DNA of 63,607 nt, counting the filler, from Circinaria calcarea (taxonomy: Eukaryota), in the NCBI GenBank assembly GCA_051942165.1. It is 6 parts of 6 records of this genome, joined end to end, with 100 filler letters (N's around TTAATTAATTAA, not from the genome) between each part and the next. Parts side by side here need not be neighbours in the genome. Positions count along the whole stretch, not along the records: positions 1 to 10,534 come from JAVECS010000795.1; 5 more parts are not named here. One strand, 5' to 3'. The notes beneath the pieces were generated by a model that was not told the origin of the DNA, did no database searches, and saw nothing but the letters and a program-made list of their open reading frames with translations. This document shows positions 1 to 10,634 of this stretch, piece after piece. The stretch's first letter is position 1, and each line of letters opens with the position of its first letter. Position numbers and translations under genes: made by a program.

Positions 1-475
1 GGGGAAGATTGGGGGAAGTAAAGGTTGGAGGGATGAATTGGTAAAAAGGGTTTACCTGCTTGAAATGTATTCAATCGTTTAATGAAATATATAACATACA
101 TGTAGAGACGAAATGGAGACGTTCTGGTGTGATTCTCCAAACCTGGTATGGTGGCTGATTGGGTGGAATGGAATAGATGACTGATTTAGTTCCGGCCATC
201 TAGTTCCCCTACCCTGATTCAGATTCAGGGACAGCTTTTCAAAGCGTATAAACATTATGCAATTACGTATTATATACCCTATCTGGTCACACATCGCTCA
301 AGCGGAGGGGTAATCTCACAAAAGATATAAAAAGCATTAAAAGCCGGCCAACGAAAACATGGGTCGGTACCTAGTGATATAAGATCCCAACAATGGTAGA
401 GCCACGCCTCCTAGGTAAATGAAGACTAGCAAAGGTAGAAAGAGCACGCAGATTCAATAGAGTGGGCCCGACCGA

Positions 476-3400
476 TCAGTCATGCAACCCAAACGCCTTC
501 CTCAACAACGGAAACCTTTTCTTCTTGCCTTTCTTGCCCAATACCACTCCATTGGATTGGCTTTGGACCGTCGCTGTCCGTACTCCTAGTTCGGGTCTGC
601 TGTTGGTATCGCGCACAACGCCATCGGAGGTTGTGGGTCGACCGTTCGAGGTGGGTGTTATAGGACTTTGAGGCAAGGGCCACGAATCGGATTGGAATCG
701 TTGTGGTGTGTTTCGCCTCTGAAGTTTGGGACTCTTTGGCGATTTAGGTGACTGTACAACTGGTGATTCCGGTACTGATGCCAAGGTTCCCATATTTTTC
801 TCTGCTTTGCTATGCGCAAGTAATGCATTTCGGTGAGCGTCAAATTCGGGATCCGACTTGACAATCTTCGGGTCTTCTCGTTTTCGCCCTAGACCGCCAA
901 AGAGTGAACGTTTCTTTTTGTCCTTCCCTACTGCATTCTCTATTTGAAGACCTCCTCCAGCATTACTTGGCTCAGTATTGCGAAGAGAACCTGATGCCAG
1001 TGCGGCTCCCTCAAGTTTGCTTGACTTTGGCGAAGCAACCTTTGCGGTATTCGCGCGCCTTGGTACATCGTCGTCGCTGTCTTCGAGGTCTGTGGAATCA
1101 CCCTCATCAACACGTTTCGGTATTCCTCGAATCGGGGTAAGATTAGCGGGTAGCTTTGCAGGCCCATCCTCGTCACTCGAATCGGCGAATCGACTATCAT
1201 ATGGTTGTGCTCCGCCGTCCTCATCACTAGAGTCACCGAAACGGCTCGAAAAGCGAGAAGACTTGGTAGGTGCGGCCTTCGGTTTTGACCCTTTGCCGAA
1301 ACCAAGTGACCTCGTTGGTGACTTGGATGATCGAGTTGCACCAAAATCTGCAGACGCACGCAAAGAGGTTCGCATACCCGGACCTGCTGAGCTAAAAGGT
1401 CGACGAGCTGTAGATTCTGACGGAGAAACAGATCGTAGACTGAAACCGCTTGACTGGTTTGCATATGCAGATTTGGGCCGTTCATCTACAGATGCGGATC
1501 GCATACTTCGCCTCATGGTATATCTATTGTTATCGGAAGTTGATGGACGAGCTTTTTTGAAGCTACTCGAAGAGTCACTGCCATTGGATACGTTGCGGCG
1601 TAGGTTTGACTTGATAGGAAGTGACTTTGATGGTTGAGTAGAAGTCTTTGTTGACGATTGATTTGTAGGTTTCTTGGTTGATTGGCTGGAAGACTTGGTT
1701 GGTGGTTGAGTAGGGATAGGCGTGAGAGACTTAAAGCCTGCACTATCGGAGAACGGTCGACTATGGTTGGCTGTAGACGTGTTGGTATACTGATTGGCCG
1801 GTTTGCTGTTTGAAATGCCGTAATCAACCATTGCAACCGCCGACATAGGACGCTGCTTTTTCTGCAAGGCACCTTTCGGCTCTGGGGATCCCGAGGACGC
1901 CTTTGTGTTCCTCAAGGTGCTTTCTCTGATTGCGGGTTTAGGGGGCACTCCTCCACGCATAGATGAACGCAGACGAGGAGGCTCAGAGGTAGACACCGGC
2001 GACGGAGCATCTCGCATCGATTTCTTCAGAGGCTGAGCCGGTGACGAGGTACGTTCTATTGATTCCTGGAAGACCTGGCCGTTGGGAACGGATGATTGAC
2101 TTTGATCGGTTTGCAAGTCTTTCCTTGTTGCTTTCTTCTTCTTCGGCTTTGTCACGGGCTCAATATCTGGAGTGACGTCCGGTCCGTGACTAGGTTCCTT
2201 CGATGCATCTTTTTCAATTTGTTGCTTTCGACTCTGACTTAAGCCCGACCAATATGCCTGAGCCTTGTCCCATCCGTCTTCTGGTGGTGGCTCAGCGACA
2301 TCGACGGTCTTCTCATCTCCAGGTTGCCGGGTATCGGCTTTCTGGATACTAGGAAATAATGGTAACACAGCCAGTGGCGGCGGGACGGCGGGACTTTCAA
2401 CAATAGCATTGATGGAACCGAAGCCATCTCCTTCTAGGTCTGATAGATCTTCCGCAGCATCACTATAGATGCTGTCGTTGGTACTATCAGACTCATCACC
2501 ATGATGAACATCTGTCTGCTGTCGTAAAATATCAGCCACCTCTCCTGCAATAGGAGATACCACAGCGTTTGTTGGCGTCACATCATCAGGTTCTGGCTCC
2601 GCTATGCCAATAGATGAAGGCGTTGGATCGGTAGCATGATGAGGAACAATGGCACCAGGTTCATCACGGAATTGGCTGAGGAATTCAGTAGACCGTGGAA
2701 AACCACCAGGCATACCAAGCCAGTATTCTCCCGACTTGCGACTAGGATCCTCAATTCCTGGGGTTGCCGGTTGAATCGCAATCGAAGGTACTTGGTCACC
2801 TTGATTGGGCGGATGTGTGGACTCAAGATCTTGGGTTTCTCTATCTACTGGAAGACCCTCACCTGGTGCTATTGGTTTACCTCGTTCATCGCGTTGGTAT
2901 AAGTCGCTCCGAGCGTTTTCGTAGTTTCTTTCCTGTGCATTTGAAAAGTCCTTTGCATTTCCAGCCAGGCTTGCCTCTGGGAACAAAGGTATCTTAGCGG
3001 ACGCTCGGCTTGAATCGAGAGATGTTGCGCCGTTGGCTTTAGTAGCAAGGTCGTGTGCTAGAATGCCGCCGATAGCATGATCATTTGATGCATTCAGACT
3101 TTGAAGGCCACCACCATTTGTAGCTTTATCTGGGATCTCTCTTGTTTCATTTTCCGTTTGACGGCCCCTAACACTACCGAAAGAGGGCAAAGTTGGCATT
3201 GGCTTTATGACATCGTCGGCTTCAGCTTCTGTTGGTGTTTGAGTCTTCTTCTTATCTTTACCTAAACCGAACCAGCCTTTCTTAGCACCATCTTTACTCT
3301 GAGGACTGAACAAGAGAGGGGAGTCAGGGCCTGCCGATGGACTGGCTGCGCTGCCTACGATAGTAGGATCATCATCAAAGCTCACTCGGACATTCTTCTT

Positions 3401-5176
3401 TTTCTTAGATAACGATCTATAGCCCTCGTCTGATACGATGGATGTGGTATCAGATGCTTCACTTGGCGCAAGACCACCAGGTATGAAGCCTGCGGGTGAG
3501 GCTCCTCGGGATAAAGGAGAATGCTTTAATGCAGATTTGGCAGGTGATATCGAGCGTGGCGGCGGCTCATGCTTTGTCCCATCAGACGTTTCATAGGTCG
3601 GTCTTGAAGAGAAGTGTGTAGCTCTTGCAGGACTTAAAGTATCATCATGAGATCGAGATGTATTGTCAGAACTCCCTTCATCGCTTCCGACTGGTTTAAA
3701 GACTGTAGCAGGTTTCGGAGTTAGATTCGTGATTCCTGAAGCTTGCACATGCCGACTCCTAGGTTGCTCTCTTGAACCTTTTTCTGGAGGGTTTTTGGCT
3801 GTATTTAAGGTTGTCGACACTTTGGGATTAAGGTCCCCGTTTTGGGTTGCTTCGATACTTCTACCATTTGCATTGCCTCTTTCTTCCAACTCTTCTGCCT
3901 CGCGGTCTTCTCGAACGATGGATGGCTGTTTCATCAACAAGCCGGCTGCTCTGGTGTTGTAAGTCCTTGGTCGCTCAACAAGAGCGCCACGCTCGGAGAC
4001 TGAGTCAGAGTCAGAGGCCTCGTTCCCAGGGAGCATCTCTAGGGTATTTTCAACCGGAACCGGACGTTTGTTCTTCTTTTTCCTAGTGGTAGTGACATTT
4101 GGACTGTCAACGGTACCTACCACTGACTGCGGAGATAGATCGGATGGTGAGGTCGTGGAGGACGTAGATGGCCGTGCTGTATTTGGAGTTGAGTCTAATG
4201 CGCTTCCTGTCGGCCTTGCTCCTGATCTACCAGCTGCTAGATGACTTCCTTGAGTAATAGTAGGCACAGTGGACTTCTTCTTCTTCTTCACTGGACCGTT
4301 GGCTATGTTCTGTATCTGGTATTGCAAATTATCTCTCTCACTGTCCGATAGGGTTGAGGGACCAGCACGAGGTTTTGTAGTAGAACCTAGTTTTGCCGAT
4401 GTTGAATTCGTATGGTAATCTTGTACTGGTGATGTTGGTGACGTAGGAGGTGTGGTTTTGGGGCTCATGGGCCTCGAAAAGTTAATGGAACCTTTGCTAT
4501 CTTCTCTTACTAGCTCAGGAATGCTAGAGTTGCGTATAGCAGATTGTCTATTCGGCCTAGCCGCCTTGACCCCTGGACCTCTATCCAGACTGACACCTCG
4601 TCCAGCCGACAGTCTGGGGGGTGGGGAGTTAACACGCTGGACAGGTTCCACGCTTGCCGGTCGTCGATCTGATTTCGCTGGAACTGGGGGAGGGGATGCG
4701 TAAGCCTTGGGCAGTGGTGGCATCGGCGGAGGTTCATCCCCTGTGGGACGCTTTGATGGAGGGCGGTTTGGTGAAGGATCCCGAAAGCTCCTCTCGGTCA
4801 TGGAACCAGAACTGCCCTGCCTTGAAAGACCCCCCGGCCTCTTCCCGTTACCGCCCGCGCTTCCATGTGATGACGTGGAGTTCTGTCTTTGTAGCATGCG
4901 TTTGGTTTGGATCTGACTGACAGGCACCGGTGATGTTGTCTGAGATCGCAGTGCTGCAGCTGCAGCGGCAGCGGAAAGGCTGGCATTGGATGCGCGATTC
5001 GTCAGGAAAGCCTGGGAAGCTGCGAGCGCGGCAGCTGGGCTAGGCTGAGCTTTTGGAGGCTATTCAACAATCAACATCTTTCTACCGATTGCAGGCGCAA
5101 ACCATTGATGAAAGAGACGGCGAGTGCGACAGAAAGGCCTTACCGGATTGGATTGAGGCCTCCTTCCAAAAACCAT
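476..5176 (-). CDS. Large (~1540 aa) Ser/Pro/Lys-rich, largely disordered conserved fungal protein (possibly eisosome Seg1-like)
   Basis: The 1483-aa ORF extends in frame to a splice acceptor at 5060-5061. Exon 1 (5144-5176) encodes MVFGRRPQSNP with a GTAAGG donor. Motifs ASLSAAAAAAALRS, KSALKHSP, KKKNVRVSFDDDP and FSSRFGDSSDED. The Seg1 link is only a resemblance. Confidence 0.8.
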
Positions 5177-5908
5177 CTTGAGGGGCTTGAAGCTGCAGAT
5201 TTAATCCTACGCGCACAAGCTGGCTGCGGTTGGGCAACAGCAGAGCCTCCCTTATATGCTATCGCTCAAGTTTGGGCGATTGCGAGAGCATGAGGGTTAT
5301 GATGCGCTGGTCATAACGGAGTCGAAACAAAGCAAACCAAAAGGTTGATCGGTTGGTCCCCACCCAAATCCGGATCTTGGACTGAGCGGGCAGGAAGTGC
5401 GTGGGAGTGCAGTGGCGATAATCGGACAGGCTGGATCACAACATGGTCGGCGGATAGCAGGTCAATGAGAAGATGCGGAATTATGGTGGCGATAGGATTC
5501 AGCTTCTCCTTCTCCTTCTTTCTGACAGGAGGGACGAGATCTGGATCATTCTCTTTTCGGAATTCTGCGAGGCGCCAAGAGTCCCCATTCCGTCATTTCG
5601 AGCAACGGCGCCTCCTCCCTATCCTAAGGCGAGGATACCCAATGTAACCCTCAGCCATTTGTGGCTCGTATAAAACCTCCTCCGATTTAGCTCATTATGC
5701 TCTCTGTTCTGGACCAGCAGACCGTCATGGTGAGCGAGAGAATAGTCTTTGGGTAACGGCTTACTCTCATCTTCACACATGCCCCCAGTGGCCTTCAGAT
5801 CTCCCAAGGACGCTGGCGCAAGGAAGAAACACGAGCCTACACCCTGTGGAATCATGATCGTATAGAGAGGCTGACTTGGACGATAGCGAAGCCTTTGCGT
5901 TGCCTTTG

Positions 5909-7144
5909 ATGCCTTCTCCTCGACCCCAGGGGCTGCTACCGTTGCCTCTCCCTCCCGGCCTCAGTGAAAGGCAAGTCACCAGTCCTGCTTTGGACCTCTC
6001 CTTGCACGTAATCGAAGCAGGCTCCAAGGGGACCCCTTTGGTCCTTCTCCTGCATGGATTTCCGGAGCTGGCCTTCTCTTGGCGAAAAGTGCTCCCCGGA
6101 TTGGCTCAAGCTGGCTTCTACGCGGTGGCCGTAGATCAACGAGGCTACGGCAGGACAACGGGCTGGGACACAAGGGACTTTCAGGATGTCGACTTGAAGA
6201 CCTTCTCGGTGACGACCGTGATGAGGGATATGGTCGTTCTCGTCCATGCTCTCGGCTACGACAAGGTCCATTGTCTCGTCGGTCATGATTTTGGCGCAGT
6301 CGCTGCATCCTTATGTGCTCTTGCGAGACCAGACTTATTCCACAAGGTTATTCTCATGAGCCATCCCTTCAAGGGAATACCGACGATTCCTTTCGACGTA
6401 TCCTCCTCTCCCGAGCCAGAACCTAGATATGACATTCACCACGAGCTTGCCAATCTGTTAGAACCAAGGAAGCACTATGAGATGTACTATTCTACGGCAG
6501 CTGCGAACGCTGACATGAGCCCAAAGGAAGGACTTTACGAATTCTTTCGAGGTTACTTTCACCTAAAGAGCGCCGACTGGGAGGGGAATAGACCACATCC
6601 ACTGAAATCCATGACGGCGACAGAACTGGCAGAGATACCCTACTACTATATCATGCCTTTGATGTGTGACATGCGAGAAGTGGTTTCCGAGTGCATGAAC
6701 ACGGAAGATCCCGCCATGGTTCAAGAGCGAAGTTCAAGGTGGCTACCTGACTCGGAGCTCGTGGTGTATGTCAGTGAATACGGCCGAACTGGGTTCCAAG
6801 GCGGATTGAATTGGTATCGTGTACAAACGGACTCACAACTTCTTCGGGACCTTGACATGTTTGCTGGGAAGAAGGTTGAGGTTCCCTGTTTGTTCATCGC
6901 TGGCAGCAAGGACTGGGGCGTTTACCAAGAGCCTGGCGTTCTTGAGCGCATGAGCGAAGTATGCAGCGAGTTTCATGGTGTGACATTGATCGACGGAGCA
7001 GGGCATTGGGTGCAGCAGGAACAGCCGGAGAAGGTTACTCGGGAGATTATCAAGTTTGCTAGGTGTCCTCCGTGCCATTGGGTAGATGGTATAAATCTTA
7101 ATCCGGAAAACCCGCTCCATCTAATTAACTATACACACGCCTAG
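5909..7144 (+). CDS. Alpha/beta-fold hydrolase, soluble epoxide hydrolase-like
   Basis: LLHGFPE oxyanion motif, VDQRGYG, GHDFGA nucleophile Asp and GAGHWVQQEQP catalytic His. First in-frame ATG is at 5909. The last ~27 aa after KFAR may not be ancestral. Confidence 0.9.
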   Translation: MPSPRPQGLLPLPLPPGLSERQVTSPALDLSLHVIEAGSKGTPLVLLLHGFPELAFSWRKVLPGLAQAGFYAVAVDQRGYGRTTGWDTRDFQDVDLKTFSVTTVMRDMVVLVHALGYDKVHCLVGHDFGAVAASLCALARPDLFHKVILMSHPFKGIPTIPFDVSSSPEPEPRYDIHHELANLLEPRKHYEMYYSTAAANADMSPKEGLYEFFRGYFHLKSADWEGNRPHPLKSMTATELAEIPYYYIMPLMCDMREVVSECMNTEDPAMVQERSSRWLPDSELVVYVSEYGRTGFQGGLNWYRVQTDSQLLRDLDMFAGKKVEVPCLFIAGSKDWGVYQEPGVLERMSEVCSEFHGVTLIDGAGHWVQQEQPEKVTREIIKFARCPPCHWVDGINLNPENPLHLINYTHA

Positions 7145-7149
7145 TCCCT

Positions 7150-7410
7150 TAATACGAATAATAATAAATAACCGCGTTTCCGAAAATAAATAAATATTTA
7201 TTTATTAAGGATAAAACGCGTTCCGTATATTATAATTTATTATTTATATTAATTTGGTTTTTATTATTTATATTAATTTAATTTATATTATTTATAAAAA
7301 TTAAATACGGTTTTATTTAAATATTATATTATATTATATTATTTTATTTTTCGTAAAATCGTTATAGAAATTTTATATTAATTTGTTATAATTATTTATT
7401 TTTCTTTCCG
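7150..7410. repeat. Extremely AT-rich island, probable RIP-eroded repeat relic
   Basis: Abrupt drop in GC between two convergent GC-balanced genes. Surviving C/G lie mostly in CpG or CC/GG contexts (ccgcg, acgcg, tacgg, tcgt). Confidence 0.55.
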
Positions 7411-9033
7411 AAGTTGAAAAGTCCCAAACCATAACTTTCTATTACTGCCCCACATCCCCTTTAAGATTCCCTTGTCCGGATTCACCTGCCCGCGATAGAG
7501 CCATCCATGGCTTTTATATAACTTAACGAACCAAACGGTGCCAATTGGGTCGACGAAGCCGTGGAACTGGAACGGGCCAACAATATCCTCGTTCTCACTT
7601 GCGAAAGTGCACGGTCGCGAGCCCTGAGGCGGCTCTATTGGGATATCGATCGAGAAAGGGTCATGCTCATTCTCCATCCAAGAGAGGTACTCGTAGTGGC
7701 CTGTCCATAACCCCGAGATGGCCTTCCTGGCTCCCATGACGCTAAGGTTTGCGGACTGGTTTGGAGTGACAGCCGCTAGGGATGGCCGCCGACTGATATT
7801 AAGCGTGAAGTTGTCCATGTGCTTTTGGATAAATCCGATGGCTTCCTTCCCATGCACGACTGCCAGGTCGATCGGTGTCGAGCCAATGGCGTCCTCGATC
7901 GAGATGCTCGCGCCGTTGTCCACAAGAATGTCTATCACATCGTGGTGGAGATGTCTGGTTGCGTAATGCAGCGCCGTCCGCCCATTAATGTCTCTAATAT
8001 TGATCTGCGCGCCACTTTTAAGCAGGGTCTTAACAATGGGCAGATGTCCTCGTGCTGAGGCAGCGTGCAGCGCTTCGCCGAGAACATGGGCTGGCAAACG
8101 ACCACTCGCTTTGCCTAGGAGATTACCTACCCCTGCTGAGTCGTTATTATACGCCAGCATGACTAGACTGCCGTCGTCCCGAACCTCTGCTGCTGCTGCA
8201 GACCCTCGTGGTTGGGTGGCGTCCGTCTGGGTCTGGATCTGGAAGCAGCCTCGACGCACCAGAAGTTGCATTATTTCCCGATGATACGTCTGGGCCGCCA
8301 AGTCAAAGAGCGACAGTTGAGTGTCCTCCCCTATGCATTGCATCGATGCTCCCATGTCCAACAGCCACTTCACACAGGCCTGACTCTGCGTTTCAACAGC
8401 AAGCAGCAATGCTGTGAGACTGCCTTTTGTTTTCCGGTCCAGACTTGCGCCATATTCGAGAAGCAACTTGGCAATCGAGAGCTGGTTATTGGCGACGGCA
8501 GCTTGCAGGGGGCAATGTATCTCGCCATCTGAATCAGGATGACGGGCCACGATTGCACCCGCGCCGATCAGGGCCTTGACGACATCAAGGTCTCCATTCA
8601 CTACGGCCAGCTGTAATGGCGTCAACTCTCCCTTATCGGCCATGTTCGGGTCGGCTTTCTTCTCAAGGAGCATTTTGACTATCTGCAGCGACCGGATCGC
8701 GTAATGGAGCGCTCCGGACCCGTCCGAGAAAACAGTGTTTGCCGAAACACCATTGCTGAGCGGAACATCGACGAGGCCTTCGTCCCAATTCCGGATGGTC
8801 ACCTGCAATGGATGCCCGGCAATGTCACCGCCGAAATTTAGATTGGCTCCTCTCTCGGCTAAAACGGACAGCACATCTTTATGCCCAAACGAACAGGCCA
8901 CGCTCGCTGCTGTCGAGGAGGTTAGCGTCACTGCGTCGATATTGGCCTCATGGTCGAGGAGCTGTCGGACGATCTCGACGCTGCCCCGTTTCGCAGCGTG
9001 GTGCAATGCCGTCCACCCGGACTCGTCGGCTGC
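7396..9033 (-). pseudogene. Ankyrin-repeat protein with C-terminal beta-rich domain; 5' end cut off by the 243-bp tandem repeat
   Basis: Multiple ankyrin repeats (GWTALHHAAKRG, LTPLQLAVVNG, GRTALHYATRH, GSTPIDLAVVHG). The frame reads AADESGWTALHHA up to 9033, then meets the repeat with no ATG at the junction. Confidence 0.75.
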
Positions 9034-9458
9034 CTATCACTATTGTCCGTCCCATTTAACTCGAATAGCGCCCAAATTTAAAGTTCGCGCTAGCACTAAA
9101 TGCACACGCTAGCGATTTTCCATCCGATAAAATCGGAACGCACGTAATTATAATAAATTAAAAAATAATTACCCGATCATTTTTCGAAATTCTGAACGCG
9201 TTGGAAAGCGCTATATTAACCGAATTTAAATAAAGCGAATGGGAAAAAGTTATTGAAAAATCGTGATGATATTCAACTATCACCATTGTCCGTCCCATTT
9301 GACTCGAATGGCGCCTAAATTTAAAGTTCACGCTAGTATTAAATGCACACGCTAGCGATTTTCTATCCGATGGAGTCGGAACGCACGCAATTGCGATAAA
9401 TTGAAAAGTAACTGCCCGATCGTTTTTCGAAATTCTGAGTGCGTTGGAAAGCGCTGTA
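9034..9458. repeat. Tandem repeat with a 243-bp period (1.75 copies visible), RIP-diverged
   Basis: Units start at 9034 (ctatcactattgtccgtccc) and 9277 (ctatcaccattgtccgtccc). They align without gaps and differ by C/T and G/A transitions. The second unit is interrupted by an LTR at 9459. Confidence 0.9.
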
Positions 9459-10338
9459 TGTTATGGCGCCAGCACCATAGCATGCACTAAGGACGAAAGG
9501 AGTCAGGGCCCGGCGGGACTAAGGACCGGACTCCGGGTTGCTTACATTGCTGCTCTGTGTAACTCTAGGGAGCATGGGATCACCGTGTTGCTTATTACGG
9601 GCAGGACAGGAACATAGGGAGCATGGGGAATAACCATAATATATAAACAGGCTATTCGCCGCTCTTTAGAATAATATATTTATAGACCGTGTTCAATATT
9701 ACTCTTTAATATTAAGCCTAGGGTAACAGTTCAACTACATCCTATGTAACCGCGCTATTACCAATCGGGACTTATTATATTCCTCAATAGGCCCCAAGGA
9801 TTGCAGTGCCCTTATATTATAAATATCACCTCTTGAGGATACGTTGAGTACAAGCCTGCGCCTTGTACCAATACTATGGCGGGTCCAGTCAGTCCAGCAC
9901 CATCCCAGGTAGGAACCACCCCTGCTACCGCAAGACCTAATATAGCAGCCGTGGCGCCGCCTGTACCAGTACCTGCGCCAGTTACGATAAAGGAAATAAA
10001 GGTGTCGAAACCAGATGAGTATAATAGGAAGAGAGGAGACCTTGGAACGTTCCTCTTACAATGTCAGCTGTATATGAGATTCAATAACCAGCACTTTTAA
10101 ACCGATTCCGACAAAGTCTTATTCGTCTCTACTTATCTTAGGGGACAAGCGGCAAAATAATTTAAACCATTCCTTCAAGAGTATCTGGACGACGAGGACG
10201 AGTTAGGAGAGAAAACCCTGACCATATTTAATAATTATAACTCATTCAAGCAACGATTGAATAGGATATTTAGGGATATCGATAAAGAATGGACCGCCGA
10301 GAGGGAACTCGCTCAATTAAAGCAGAAGAGAGCCGCTT
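9459..10338 (+). mobile_element. Ty3/Gypsy LTR retrotransposon 5' portion: 5' LTR (from 9459; ends at 9728 or ~9816) plus RIP-inactivated gag
   Basis: The LTR begins TGTTATGGCGCC and has a TATA-like ATATAAA at 9641. It is followed by a gag ORF from ATG 9876. Confidence 0.85.
9876..10338 (+). pseudogene. gag: Retrotransposon Gag (Ty3/Gypsy capsid) with in-frame stops
   Basis: KVSKPDEYNRKRGDLGTFLLQCQLYMRF...F*TDSDKVLFVSTYLRGQAAK*FKP...AERELAQLKQK. A TAA replaces the conserved Trp of the LxGxAxxW motif. Confidence 0.85.
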
Positions 10339-10534
10339 TGTTATGGCGCCAGCACCATGACATGCACTAAGGACAGGAGGGGTAAGTTCCGGGGGGAGGA
10401 ACAATACTCCGGGTTGCTTACACTGGTGCTCTGTGTAACCATAGGGAGCATAGGGAGCAGTGCGGTTGCTCACGACGGGCAGAACGGGAGCAACGGGAGC
10501 AAGGGAAGCAACCTCAGTATATAGGCAGGCTGTT
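10339..10534 (+). mobile_element. Second, related LTR nested in gag, truncated by the contig end
   Basis: Starts tgttatggcgccagcaccatgacatgcactaaggac, nearly identical to the start of the 9459 LTR, then diverges with indels. Confidence 0.85.
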
Positions 10535-10634
10535 NNNNNNNNNNNNNNNNNNNNNNNNNNNNNNNNNNNNNNNNNNNNTTAATTAATTAANNNNNNNNNN
10601 NNNNNNNNNNNNNNNNNNNNNNNNNNNNNNNNNN
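10535..10634. other. Artificial contig linker (N44-TTAATTAATTAA-N44)
   Basis: Identical 100-nt spacer with stops in all six frames, repeated five times in the window. Confidence 0.98.

Noticed and set aside
9459..10534. The two LTRs as the paired ends of one complete short element
   Set aside because: They diverge by indels and transversions beyond RIP, no polypurine tract directly precedes the second, and gag is cut mid-domain. Nesting fits better.
10579..10590. TTAATTAATTAA palindrome repeated five times as a biological repeat or CRISPR-like motif
   Set aside because: It is always embedded in N44 runs, so it is an artificial six-frame stop linker.
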